Shown here piece after piece: positions 1 to 16,334 of a DNA stretch of 64,000 bases. The number at the start of each line of letters is the position of its first letter. The first letter of the stretch is position 1. A program made the translations under genes and the position numbers. This DNA comes from Amoebidium appalachense. Lineage: Eukaryota > Protista > Ichthyosporea. The stretch covers positions 3,515,375-3,579,374 of the forward strand of contig CAVNZM010000017.1 in the NCBI GenBank assembly GCA_963693365.1, written 5' to 3'. The notes under the pieces are model-generated. The model was not told the origin of the DNA and did not search any database. It was given only the letters and a program-made list of their open reading frames with translations.

Positions 1-593
1 CCAAGGCCTCCTCGGCCAATCTCCGGCTATGGACGGCCCTCATCGTCGGTTTCTGTGGTCTCCTCCGTTCAGGGGAATTTACCTCCAAGACCCTGACTTC
101 TTTCGACCCGTCCCGTCACGTTAAACGGAAGGACGTGACCTTCAGCTACACCCCCACCGGTACTTTGTCCCATGCCACCCTCCACCTGCCAACCTCTAAG
201 ACGGATGTACAGGCCCGAGGTGTCAACGTCACCCTAGCTGCCCTGCCCCTCACCCACTTCTCCCCAGCCCATCTCCTCCGGCAGTTCCTGGATACAACGT
301 CCGGTCAACCCGACGACCCCCTCTTCAGTCTCGGTGGCATCCCCTACACCAAGAGTGCTTTCTCTGCCGATTTCCGTGCCCTCCTCTCCCGGGCAGGCCT
401 CTCACCCTCCCGGTTTGCCGGACACAGCCTCCGCATCGGGGGGGCCACAGCACTGGCTGAGGCCGGGGTCGACGACTCCCGGATCAAACAACTCGGCAGG
501 TGGTCCTCCGACTGCTTCCTGATCTATACCCGACTTCGTCCGGCCTCCATTGCTGCCACCACCACACGTGTATTCGCCTCTATTCTTAAGTGA
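1..593 (+). CDS. Tyrosine recombinase of a DIRS/Ngaro-type retrotransposon (family 3), C-terminal catalytic domain, 5'-truncated by the window edge
   Basis: Frame 3 is open from the window start: LWTALIVGFCGLLRSGEF (box I Arg), SKTD (Lys), GHSLRIGGAT (box II HxxR), LGRWSSDCFLIY (W, catalytic Tyr); stop TGA at 593. Confidence 0.92.
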   Translation, partial: KASSANLRLWTALIVGFCGLLRSGEFTSKTLTSFDPSRHVKRKDVTFSYTPTGTLSHATLHLPTSKTDVQARGVNVTLAALPLTHFSPAHLLRQFLDTTSGQPDDPLFSLGGIPYTKSAFSADFRALLSRAGLSPSRFAGHSLRIGGATALAEAGVDDSRIKQLGRWSSDCFLIYTRLRPASIAATTTRVFASILK

Positions 594-1227
594 AACCTTT
601 GGAGCAAGCATACTGCTCTCGTGCCGTGGTTTACAACCATTGCCTCCTCCGTTCAGGGGAATTTACCTCCAAGACCCTGACTTCTTTCGACCCGTCCCGT
701 CACGTTAAACGGAAGGACGTGACCTTCAGCTACACCCCCACCGGTACTTTGTCCCATGCCACCCTCCACCTGCCAACCTCTAAGACGGATGTACAGGCCC
801 GAGGTGTCAACGTCACCCTAGCTGCCCTGCCCCTCACCCACTTCTCCCCAGCCCATCTCCTCCGGCAGTTCCTGGATACAACGTCCGGTCAACCCGACGA
901 CCCCCTCTTCAGTCTCGGTGGCATCCCCTACACCAAGAGTGCTTTCTCTGCCGATTTCCGTGCCCTCCTCTCCCGGGCAGGCCTCTCACCCTCCCGGTTT
1001 GCCGGACACAGCCTCCGCATCGGGGGGGCCACAGCACTGGCTGAGGCCGGGGTCGACGACTCCCGGATCAAACAACTCGGCAGGTGGTCCTCCGACTGCT
1101 TCCTGATCTATACCCGACTTCGTCCGGCCTCCATTGCTGCCACCACCACACGTGTATTCGCCTCTATTCTTAAGTGAAACCTTTGGAGCAAGCATACTGC
1201 TCTCGTGCCGTGGTTTACAACCATTGC
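60..1227 (+). repeat. Tandem duplication of 584 bp (60-643 / 644-1227) covering the YR 3' half
   Basis: Both units start ctcctccgttcagggga and end ttacaaccattgc, offset 584. No differences seen by eye. The second unit produces the track ORF 590..1177. Confidence 0.95.
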
Positions 1228-2404
1228 AGGTTCACTTTCGTCCAAGGGGATGTCCCCCTAGAGGCAACACACGTCCCGGAGTAGTTTTTTCATAGAGGTT
1301 TTATTTGTGGAAATTATTGACATAAATATTTTTCTGGGTAAACACGTAGGATGGGTGTTCGATACCAACATAACCATGTAGGCTTCATTTCGTGTTTTAG
1401 CAGTTAGCGGTTGGCTGCCCGCACACGGGCACCTATTAGCCAATCAAAACATCAGATACCACAGATCACTAGACCGAGTTATGACTGGCTCGGATCAGAT
1501 TTCACATATCACTTGATCGATTTTTGATTGGTTCAGATCGGTAGGCTTAGGTATATAAGCACGACAGTTTTTAGCAGATCAGCAAGCTACAAACACATCT
1601 TCTGTGTTTAGCATCCACAGCCTTACAGCTATATATTCCTTTTCACCCACCCACCTACACCCACACACAACCCCCATTGATCCACACATACGTGCTGTTT
1701 TTTCACGGGGCGAAGACTTCCCCCGTTTTTTTGGGCACATGGACCTCACGTCCCGGAGTAGTTTTTTCATAGATTGTGGGAGATCCGAAGGTATAAAACA
1801 GCACAGCACACGCAAGCAAGACCAGTTCACCAGTTCATCACCACTTCTTCAAGACAAGTATTTCTACAGATCAAAGTGTGCTGTGCCGCCGTTACTAAGG
1901 TTGACACCTATACTGGTGCTTCATCAACCCGCTCTACGATACAACACCTGTTGTTTTCATTCTCTCTACCCTTTATTTCTAGCACGGCTACGGCTGCGCT
2001 CTACCCCTCTGGCCACTTATGCTAAGGGTCCTTTTGGCTGTAGCTGCCTAGCTCGCCACACGTGTGCTTGGTGCCCTGACCCTAGACGGTTGGAGCAACC
2101 ACCGACGACGGTGCCCTGAGTTTAAACACCTCGGGCTACCTATGCAGACTTACACACACCACACCACGAACCACCACATGTATATATCATTGAGTGCAGT
2201 GGTCTTTGAGTAGGTGGGGGCCCTGGACAGCGGCTAACACATCACTGTGAATTGGTGTGAAGGCTTGCCTGCCAACAAAAGTCTACTACTTCATTCTTTG
2301 ATACGCACGCACACACACGTACACGCAACGCGTGGCTTTAAGCCTTGACTAGGCTCCGCTGAGAATCCTTTTACATCCCTCTTTTGGGCAATACCTTAAC
2401 ACTG

Positions 2405-2406
<2 letters not shown>

Positions 2407-2465
<59 letters not shown>
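2407..2465. repeat. (GT)n microsatellite
   Basis: Direct reading of the sequence. Confidence 0.95.
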
Positions 2466-2469
<4 letters not shown>

Positions 2470-3144
2470 GTGCATGTGATTAGCAAATGGATCTCTCTCT
2501 GAGTCAGATGGTATTGTGTGTGACACAGTGACCTTACATGTGTGTGTGTGTGCATGTGTGCCTGTTTATGCATGTGTGAAGGGGGAGGGGTGTAGGGAAG
2601 GTAAGAGAGAGGGAGGGAAGAGGTTAAACGGCGCTGTGCGAGTGATCATGAAACGTGCATGCTGTCTGTGCCAGTGTGTGTATCGGCACTACCCTGTCGT
2701 TATTTTTGTGGTACCTACTAATATTCACAGTACATGCATGTGCACTGCACGTGACAATATTGATAAATGATTGGTCGGTACTCATGCAGTCACGTGGGTA
2801 CGGTATTACTCAGTGCATGTGGTGCCAGCCCTCTGCTTGGTACTGACATGTACTGCAAGCATGTAGATCACCAATCAAGTCTCGGTTCAATTGCACACAT
2901 CTATGGGATTTTCATATTGCAGGCCTGTTGTAATATAAATTAGTAAAAGGTAGTCATAGACAGAACCACAACCACACGAGCACGGCAAAACAAGATGATA
3001 TATTACACACTTTTTAATGTTGGCCACCACTGGCAGCTATCAGATTGATGATTGTAAGTGTCCCCCCACTTGCATGTTACTGTACGACCCCTTCATTCCC
3101 CATAACCGCACCCAGGCCCATGGCACGCACTATGCCATGCAATG

Positions 3145-3520
3145 CTATTGGCCGCCTCTTAGGGCCAGCACCAGGTGCAGCACAGACCCCCCCGTGACCT
3201 TGTAGTCCTGTGCCGTCTTGTCATCGTTCCTGCACCCCACCATCTCAGCCCCACAATGAACCAACCATGCAACCCGTGTCTGCTGTCTGCACGCTCTAGC
3301 AGCCACCAGGCTTGCATGGCCCCATCCCCTCACAGCCATGCCCCTTGCTTATGAACACAACGTCACACTTTCTCCTATCCGTTAACCCTCCTCCTTTGCA
3401 AATGAATGAAATGTGTGTGCATGTGCCTCGAATGTGTGTCATAAAACATAAGTGGTCTGGGTTTATTCGATGACGGGGACTAAGGGAGAGTTGAGAAAAA
3501 TAGAGAGTAGAGGAAGCCAG

Positions 3521-3551
<31 letters not shown>

Positions 3552-3935
3552 ACACCACCACCACACACACACACACAGACAAAAAATGGACCTTTTAAAA
3601 CTCATGCTTCTGCATCTCCCCTGCACCCCGCCTCCCCAGGGTGTTTACTGTGTGTGTCTGTGCCTTTGAATGATGTGCGTGTACACAACTGCAGAAGGAG
3701 AAGCGCAAAGGGAGTGAGAATGAACAAGTAAAATAATTGCAACGACCCCCCCCCCCCCCCCCCCCCCCCCCATTTTCCCTCGGGAGACAGATACCATCAG
3801 TCACCCGAAAAATACTTAAACAGAGCCCCATCCTTTTTACCCCCCCCCCCCCCCCCCCCCCCCCCCTTCCTCCCCGGAGCCCCCGCAAACACCCACCCTG
3901 CTTCCTCACCTACACCAACAAAAAGGGCATCCTGT

Positions 3936-3984
<49 letters not shown>

Positions 3985-4512
3985 AACACACACACACATA
4001 CACCTCCCTACAACCCCAGACACACAAGAACTAAGTACAAACAACCCCCACACCACCCACCTCCAACCCCCCCCCCCCCCCCCAAAAAAAAAAAAAACCT
4101 CCCCTGCCCCTTCAAACACACCTCCCCCCCCTACCCCCCCCTCCAAACACACCCCCCCCTCCCCCCCCTCCCAACACACCTCCCCCCCCCCCCCCCAAAA
4201 AAAAAAAACACACCTCTTCTCCCGCAAACACACCTCTTCCCCCCCAAACACACATCTCCCCCACCAACACACCTCTCCCCACACACACACCTCTCCCCCA
4301 CCAGCACACCTCTTCCCCACCACATTGCTCCATCTCACCTGCCAACCTCGTATCGAAATCCTCCCTCCCCGTTCAACCCTTGGAACCCTCCCCCCCCCCC
4401 CCCCCCCCCAAAAAAAAAAAAAAAAAAAAAAAAGAAACACACACACACACACACACACAATCCACTCCCCCCCCCCCCCCCCCCTCCCCTGGTACACACA
4501 CACCACCCACAC

Positions 4513-4546
<34 letters not shown>

Positions 4547-5424
4547 ACCAAACCCCACCCACCCCACCACCAAAAAGGCACAAATGGCCCTCCCCCCACA
4601 TGCCACGCCCACCGCCCATACATCTGCTTGCCGCCAAAGATCAGACGCTGCTGTGCTGGAGGGATGCCCTCCTTCTCCTCCACCCTCTCCTTGATCCTCT
4701 CCACCTGCAACACCACAGAGCCTCAGCCATGCAGCTACCAGCACAACACCAGCCCACACAGACTGATCCTGTCTCAGATCCGGTTGCAAAAAACAAGACG
4801 GAGGGGATGGAGGGAGGGGGTGGAGTGGGGTAGGGGAGGCAAGAAGGGGTGGGGAGGGGGAGGGCACTATGGCAGAAAGGCGGAGTGTAGAGGGGCACAA
4901 ACAACCTCTCCCTTCCCAGGGAAAAAAAAGACCCAAGAAGGAAAATACAAGTGAGAAGAATAGTGAAGGTTCCATAACGAAGAAAGACTACAGCATAGAA
5001 AGGGACAGAGTGGGGAGAAGGGGGAAGGAGAAGGGGGAAGGTACGTGAGAGAGAAGAAGAGCAAGAGATGAGGGGAGGGAGAGGGGGGGAGGGAAAGAGA
5101 GACAGACAGGATGTGCGTTTGCATGTGTGTGTGTGTGTGCGCCATGTAGGGAAATAGCACGTCAACAAAACTGAGAATATTGAAGGGGAAGGGTGAGGAG
5201 GGATGAGTAGGATGGCAGAGGTGGGAAGAAGCACAAAAGAAAGATCCCACGGTAATATAGACGTCCAACGTCAACAATCACGTCCGCTCATCTGGGGAAC
5301 CCGTTCACTCACTTAAAAATAAGACCTCGAAGTTTAAGGGAAATACAGACCGCAGGTCCCAACCTCTTGTTCAAGTTGTGCGTGTGTGCGTGTGTGTGTG
5401 TGTGTGCACACACGCGAGATTAAT

Positions 5425-5516
<92 letters not shown>

Positions 5517-6176
5517 ATGCCAAAGTCGCGCAAAGAAGGGGGGGGGGGGGGAGGGGAGGAGCTGTGACCTGAAAGTGTGTAGCTTCAGATTTAGAAGTAA
5601 AGGGTATGTTACAGATGCACTAAAAGGAAAGCAAGCCCATTAGTAAAGACGGGGGCTGCATAGACACAGTAGGGTTCAGACTGAGGGGTGTAGGTCAATA
5701 AGCAACAGATGAAAGTGGTGGTCTGCTGTGAGCCCAATACCCTCGACAAAGAAGAGCACAGAGAAGACCAGCATGGCGGCAGCAGCACAGTTTTAGGGCC
5801 ACGAAATAAGCAGTAGGAAGTCAAAGAGATGTATAAAAGGTTGGGGGGAAGGGTGGAGAAGAGGACACCGAAAAGGGCAGCAAGCGAATACTGGTGGTTG
5901 GTTACCTTGTCTGTCGGCTCAATGTCGATCTCGATCTCCTTGCCTGTCAACGTCTACGCACAGAGGAGGGAAGAGGGTCAGTAGCAGGCCAAAGGAGTAG
6001 CTGAGTGCCGCACAGTAAGTGCCTGGGACTAAACGCTAAGGCTAAGAAACCAACACAGGCAGACACAGCACTCTTTCGCCCAGGGAGAGACACAAAGGAA
6101 GGGCTCCGCAAGCACTTTGCTTGCCCTGAGCCAAGCCGCCAGAGCAGCGTGCATGTACCTTCACTTTGATCAACAT
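3145..6176 (-). CDS. NEDD8: NEDD8/Rub1 ubiquitin-like protein, 4 exons (6176-6159, 5953-5906, 4704-4622, 3229-3145)
   Basis: Spliced at GT-AG junctions to MLIKVK|[16 protein letters not shown]|[28 protein letters not shown]|[27 protein letters not shown] (77 aa), with the NEDD8-diagnostic Ala72 in LALRGG. Confidence 0.98.
5428..5512. repeat. (GT)n microsatellite in NEDD8 intron 2
   Basis: Direct reading of the sequence. Confidence 0.95.
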
Positions 6177-6578
6177 GGTGGCGGTTACAGACAGCACTAG
6201 CACCTACAGCCACAAGACAGGCAATAGCGCCCAACTTTTGGAAGGTTGCAACAAGAAAACTAAAACAGCTTGGAGTGAACGAGAAAGAGAGCTGACGTGG
6301 CATATGCACTGAAAATGGGCGGGAGATGTACAACCCTTTCCTATGCATGGTTGTAAGCTAATCAACAACTGTTGTTATAATAAAGCCAAGGCTCAAATGG
6401 TTTTAAAGGCTCACCAACCAATCATGTGAGGTGCATGAATGCGCTGTTGTGCCTGCCCTGTGATTAGGTAACCGATTCTGTGAACCAAGGCCTCCTATAT
6501 TAGTATATTAGTATATAGGAGGCCTTGCTGTGAACGCAAAACTTCTCTGCAGCCTCTGCTGTGGGCTGTGGCGGCAAC
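6177..6578. promoter_or_regulatory. Bidirectional promoter region between NEDD8 and the AXR4-like gene
   Basis: Divergent ATGs at 6176 (-) and 6579 (+), about 400 bp apart. Contains TGACGTGGC (6293-6301), CCAAT (~6418) and TATA-like tatatta/tatata (6496-6517). Confidence 0.55.
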
Positions 6579-6902
6579 ATGGGCAAGGCGGAAGAGAAGA
6601 AGGAGGGCAATGGGGCCGCCATGGCCGCGCCCAGCACGGTAGGTGCGGGGCTGTGAGGTGGAGGCACAGGGAGCAGGCTGACAAGGCGCGCACAGCCGGA
6701 CACGCCGGCACAGGGCGAGCCAAAGGGGGCACAGGGCGAGCCAAAGGGGACACAGGGTGGTAACAGGCCGCCAGCAACGGGGGGTGGAATCAACTACTGT
6801 GCGCTGGTGTTTGTGCTGGTGCTGCTGGCTGCCACTCTGGCCACCCTGCTGACCCACGAGGGAGACGGCATCAGCGCAATACCCTCGGGTGTGATACAGG
6901 TG

Positions 6903-6974
<72 letters not shown>

Positions 6975-8891
6975 CCAGGGTTGTGACGGTGTGGTGTGCA
7001 GTACAAGGCGGCCGGGCTGCAGATACCCGTGCAGCACCAGGGCCAGCGGCTGTATGTGTTTGCGCAGACCCTGGGCCCCCGGGAGGCCGAGACCGTGCTG
7101 GTGCTGCACGGTGCGTGGCCCTGGCTGTGGGGGGACAGGGGGGCAGCAGGCACTGACTTGTGCGGCAGACAGCACGCTGTCGGCATACTTTCTGGACGCC
7201 ACCGTGCAGGCCCTGGCCCGCAGCCGCAGGGTGGTGGCCCTGGACCTGCCGGCCTGTGGCCTGAGCTCCCCGCTGGAGGTGTGACCCTGGCTGCCGGGGG
7301 GAGGAGAGGGGGGGGTGGGGGGGGGGGGTAGGGGGGGGGGGGGGTGGGGGCATGGGCCTGGCAGGCGCTGAGGGGAGGGGCAGGACGGACAGGTGCCGTG
7401 GGGGCGGCAGGACGTTGCCCAGGTGGTACACAAGGTGGCCAGCGCCATGGGTCTAAGACCCAGCCACGTGCTGGCCCACGGCTTCACAGGTCTCTAACTC
7501 TGCCCGCCTTCCCCCCTGCCCCCGCCCCCTACCACACCCACCGGTTCCTCCCCTTCGGGTACATCCCGATCTCCCCCCTCCCCCCCCTCCACCTGTGTCT
7601 GTGTGCCCTAGCCAAAGACTGAGGCAGAGCCACACAGGGGCTGCTGCACTGGCCTATGCCGGGCGCTATCCCCAGCGGGTGCGCAGTGTGCTGCTGCTCG
7701 ATGGACCTCAGCTGCCCGACAGCCCCCTGCCCGTGCCCCTGCGCTATGTGGCGGTAGGGCCCCTCCGCCTGCTTGCCTGGCACATCAGGCCTAGGCAGGC
7801 ACCGTGCCAAGCCGCCCGGTGGGTGGTGGGTGGGGGCTGACAGGGTGTGCAGGGGCCACTGGGGGGCCTGCTGACCTGCGAGGTGTGCCGCAAGGTGGCG
7901 GCACGGCTGCTGCACCCCGACATGGATGCATACGTGTGGTTCCTGCGCAGCACAGGCACCCTGAGTGCGTGCACCTGCTGGCAAGGGGGGGCGGGGGGAG
8001 GATGGAGGAAGGGGGGGGAGGGGGGAGGGGGGGGGGGGGGGGAATACCAACGAGCGTGTGTGTAGAGGTGCTGGACACGGTGGTCAACCGCACACGGGCC
8101 GACCAGTTGCCGGCTGGCAGTCTGCAGGCCACTGTGACGTCACTGCCAGCCACCATGGCCCTGCAGGCCCTGTGTGTCGATGTGAGTGCTTGTGGGTGGG
8201 GGAGAGGGGAGGGGGGAGGGAGAGGATCCATGGGGCGCTGCATACCCACAGTGTGCTCCGGGAGGTGGGGGTGCAATGGGGTGTAACGAGATGGGGCTGC
8301 AGGGGGCTGAGGTGACGGCCATGGATCTGCGCACCAGGTGGGTGGGGTACTGCATTGTGGCCCTGGCCTGGCCGTGCTGGTGTGGTGTGTGCGCTGTTTC
8401 TAAGGTGTGTGTGCAGTGGGGAGGCACGGTGTGCGGCAGCAACAGTGGGCCGCAGTGCCCTGCTGGGCCCGGCCACGGCCAGACGGCTGGCTGAGGTGGT
8501 GGACCGCCACGTGGCTGCACTGGGGGTACGTGGGGGCATGCTGCCTGCTGGTGTGTGTGGCAGCCTGCCTGCACACACGTCTGGTGTGGTGCAGGCAGGC
8601 AGTGCAAGGCCATAGTGGGCATGCAGGGCCAACCATGTGGGCTCACGTGTGGCTGGGCTGCAGGCCACTCCGGCCGATGCCCCTGAGGAGATCCCGGCGT
8701 CTCTGCGGGCACGGTGGGAGAAGACACCAGAGGAGGTTGCGGCCGACCAGGCGGCAAGGAGGGCAAAGGGCCACAGCCACAGCCACGGCCACATGCACGA
8801 CCATGGCCACATGCACGACCACGGCCACATGCACGACCATGGCCACATGCACGACCATGGCCACATGCACGACCATGGCCACGTGCATTGA
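6579..8891 (+). CDS. Multi-exon membrane-anchored alpha/beta-hydrolase-fold protein with His-rich C-terminus; AXR4-like
   Basis: Exons give [10 protein letters not shown]..., a hydrophobic helix [65 protein letters not shown] and ...[12 protein letters not shown]...GHSHSH(GHMHDH)5GHVH*. Internal exon boundaries are only partly resolved. Confidence 0.8.
6902..6975 (+). repeat. (GCCT)n intronic microsatellite starting at the splice donor; a second array at ~11704-11744 in NPL4
   Basis: Direct reading of the sequence. Confidence 0.9.
8783..8882 (+). repeat. Coding 18-bp tandem repeat encoding (HGHMHD)x5
   Basis: ca(c/t)ggccacatgcacgac repeated in frame just before the stop at 8891. Confidence 0.92.
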
Positions 8892-10527
8892 GGGCCCTGC
8901 TGGTAGGGGCAGGTGGGCCGCCAGCTGTGTACAAGTGCATCGGTAGCAAGAGGGAGGCAGGCACACCCCGGTGGGGTGCCACAGGGCAAGCAGCAGGACC
9001 AGTCCTGGGTTGGTGCTGGCTGCAAAGGTTGCCTTTATTATTAGTGCCATGGTTGGCCTCGCTGGAGCCACGACAGCAGGCATGCTGGAAGATTGCATGT
9101 GGCAGTGGCTCTGCAAACGAGTACTGTGCAGCACACCAGTTGCTGCATGCATGTGCAGCCAAAAGGCATCAGGCTGCACAGTGTGGCCATATGCAGTGGC
9201 CTTGTTGGGGATAGGCTCGACTGCCACCCGAGCCGAAATAGAATTTCAGGGGACCCTTTGTGGGGGTACCTGGGCAGGCGGCACTCTATTTGTGTTGGCC
9301 GTTTCCTTGCGGTTGGCAGTGCCGTGATGCCCTTTGGTGGCGGACGGTAATTGTGAACGTGCAGCCATTGCAGTGTGCGGGTTTAGTGCCCTAATCCTAT
9401 TTTCTTTCTTCTTTTGGGGGTGGGTGTGGCAGCAGGAATATGGCCATGGATGTCTGGACACGGGTAGTGTGCCGACAGGTCCAAGGTTCATTTCCGCGGT
9501 TTAAGGACCGGCTGACATGGCCACAGCACGTGGCTTCATGCTGCTGTTGCTTGCACATGTCTCGAGTTATTTGCATCTCTAACGTTAATTGGCGGTGGCA
9601 ATTGTCGTGTCGTTAATTACGGAGAGATCTATTGCTGCTATAGCATTCCTAACTTTTCCACGGCTGCTTTTTGCAATCAGACAACCGCTAAACGCCAGCC
9701 ACACCTTACCGTCACATGCCGGGTTTGTGCCATGAGCGATTTGTGCCCATCTAGGGCGCTTTGCGGCAAGTCAGTGTGTGCATGGTTGTTGGGGTATGTT
9801 GCACACGGGTACGATCAACTGTAGGCCAGACTGTGGGCCGGGCGGGGGCGAGAGTGAGAACCGGGAAGGATCAAGGGGGGGGGAGGAGGGGAGGGGGGGG
9901 GAGGGGTGAGAGGGGAGGGGGGTAAGGGGAGGGGGGAGGAGAAGGATCCGGAGGGGAGGGGATGGTTGGCCTGGCCGGAGGGAGACGGGGCTTTGGTTTA
10001 ATATTAGCTGAATAGTGTGGCAGGGGGAAAGGCGGGATGGTGCATGTAGGGCCTACCACCTACTGAGGTGGTCCCTCATTTCCCTTCCTACCTCAGCAGA
10101 AATGTCTCCCTAGTAATGACAATGCTTATCTGTGTACGCGAAGTGACTGCAGCGAATTCGAAGAAGGAAGGCTGCGAAGCAAAAAAGACTGCGGGCTGCG
10201 AAGAAGGAAGGAAAAATCGGCCGCCGTCGACGAGCCGAGATGGCGCGTGACACCGTCAGTACGTGTTAGAGGTAGGGCCCACCAGTGGTGGTGGTGGTGG
10301 TCATGGCCAGTGGTGGTGGTGGTGGTGGGAGAGGAGGGGGGGGGGGGGGGGGGGGGGGGGGGAGAATTCGAAGAGAAAGGGGGGGGGAGCCGGGGTGGGA
10401 GGGGAGGAGGGGGCGGTCACGGTGGGCCCCGCCGGGGGGGGGACTCCGGGGGAGCTCGAGGGTCACAGCTGAGCGCCCTGCTGACATCGGCTGTACATAC
10501 GTGCTTGCAATTGAGCTGTGTGATGAA

Positions 10528-10722
10528 ACCCGAGGTTTGCGCGATTGAGCACCCGAGGTTTGCGCGATTGAACACTCGAGGTTTTTTTAGACCCGAGGTT
10601 TGCGCTGTCTAACAAACACATACACAACAGATGCACTGTTGTGTATGTCTGTTGTATCTGTTGTGTTTGCGCTGTCTAACAACACCCGAGGTTTTTTGAG
10701 GTTTGGAGAACACCCGAGGTTT
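10528..10722 (+). repeat. Promoter-proximal array of six AC(C/T)CGAGGTTT motifs with an embedded 13-bp hairpin
   Basis: Motifs at 10528, 10551, 10574, 10591, 10684 and 10712; stem 10618-10630/10636-10648. Confidence 0.85.
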
Positions 10723-10920
10723 TAGGGAGCCACCCAGATGCAGCTGCCACGTCATCACTTTTTTCACGGCTGGAGTAGGTAGTCAAGCAAGGCCTGTACA
10801 TGAAAGCCTTGATACGATAATCTGTTTGTGCGTAAGGGGGTATATTGAGGCGACAAACTATTAAAGAGAGCCTGTGTGCTGCGTGCTGCTGGTCCCTGTG
10901 CGTGATCACTCACAGCAATA

Positions 10921-15135
<4,215 letters not shown>

Positions 15136-15406
15136 ACATCTCGTGAAAGGCATTGTGTGCCCTGTGGGTGGTGCTGGTTGGGGGAGGGGAGAGGGGGGGG
15201 GGGAGCTGAGTGGGAGATGGAAGGCTACCTTTCGAGGTCGCAAAAGGGTTCGGTTTGGGGTTTGAAACAAAACGGTGGGCATTTTCACGAATTCTTTTCA
15301 AGGGGAGGGAAGGGTTGCTGGGAGGCAGGAGGCCAGACGCTGCATGGCCATAGCATGATTTGAGTGGCCCCATGGTCATCTGGGTGCCGGGATGAGCCGG
15401 GGGGAA

Positions 15407-15438
<32 letters not shown>

Positions 15439-16272
15439 GGTAGTTTTGGGGTAAGGGCTGGTTTTGGGTGGGGTTGGTGGGGATGCAGGGCGTGTGCCCT
15501 ACTGTCCTGACTGTGTGCAAAACCTGCACCTGCAGTTACTTGTCTGGTGGATATCTCTCAGACCTCTTCCTTTTTTGGGGGGGCGCCGGGGGGGGGGGAG
15601 GGGGGTCCGGGGGGGGGAAGGAGAGAGGGAGGGGGGATGTGATGGGGGGGGGGGGGGGGGGGGGGAGTGGAAACAGAGGGAGGGAAGGAGGAGTGGGGAG
15701 GAGGAGAGGCAAAGGGATGGAGTATGGGAGTGGAAGGGGAGGGAAGGGTGCTGGAGGGGTGCTGGGCTCAGGGAGGGGAGAGAGGAGGCCCATTTGGTAC
15801 AGCCTTTAGACAGGCAGAGGCCATGGAGGTGGCACCACTGCGGCCGCCACATCTTGGCTGCTTAGGTGGGCTATGGGTTTGGACATGGGTGTACGGGTAG
15901 GGGTGGAGGGCATGGTCCATTGGCGGGCTTTGGGGGGGGTGGGGGACGAACTGCAACCGTGGGGCAACCATGGCCACATGGCCACATTGCCAGGTAAACC
16001 ATTGCTAGTGGTTAAAGTTGGTCTCGGAGGGGTCACTGTGGCACTGTGCACTGGTCTGGAACTGTGGCCGGTGAGGTGTAGGCCGTATGTTGCACATTAT
16101 ATGTGGCAATATCCATATGTGGCGATGTGTTACCGTCGACATGTTCAACCACATGTGTGCACATGTCCCAGTGTGTGTCAATGTGTGTTCGTTTAATATT
16201 GTGTGTGGCCCATAATGTGCCCGTGGCTATGTGCTGTGTTGGTGTTCGCCGACGGCCGTGTGTCTGTGTCGG

Positions 16273-16334
<62 letters not shown>

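Larger units (their letters stand above)
1..1773 (+). mobile_element. 3' end of a YR retrotransposon (family 3) with probable B1-A2-B2 split-repeat terminus
   Basis: After the YR stop, the 27-bp repeat cacgtcccggagtagttttttcataga occurs at 1270-1296 and 1747-1773. Between them is a promoter-like segment (gtatataag ~1551, CCAAT/ATTGG boxes), as expected for A2. Confidence 0.65.

Noticed and set aside
590-1177. Second independent recombinase gene
   Set aside because: Product of the 584-bp duplication; its N-terminus is translated 3' flank with a GTG start.
3296-5572. Long Pro/Gly/Cys-Val-rich ORFs (e.g. 3737..4954, 3910..4716)
   Set aside because: Translations of poly-C/G and GT tracts in NEDD8 introns; only the short embedded exon is real.
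10528-10722. CRISPR-like repeat-spacer array
   Set aside because: Repeats are only 11-23 bp, spacing is irregular, spacers are not unique, there are no cas genes, and the context is eukaryotic.
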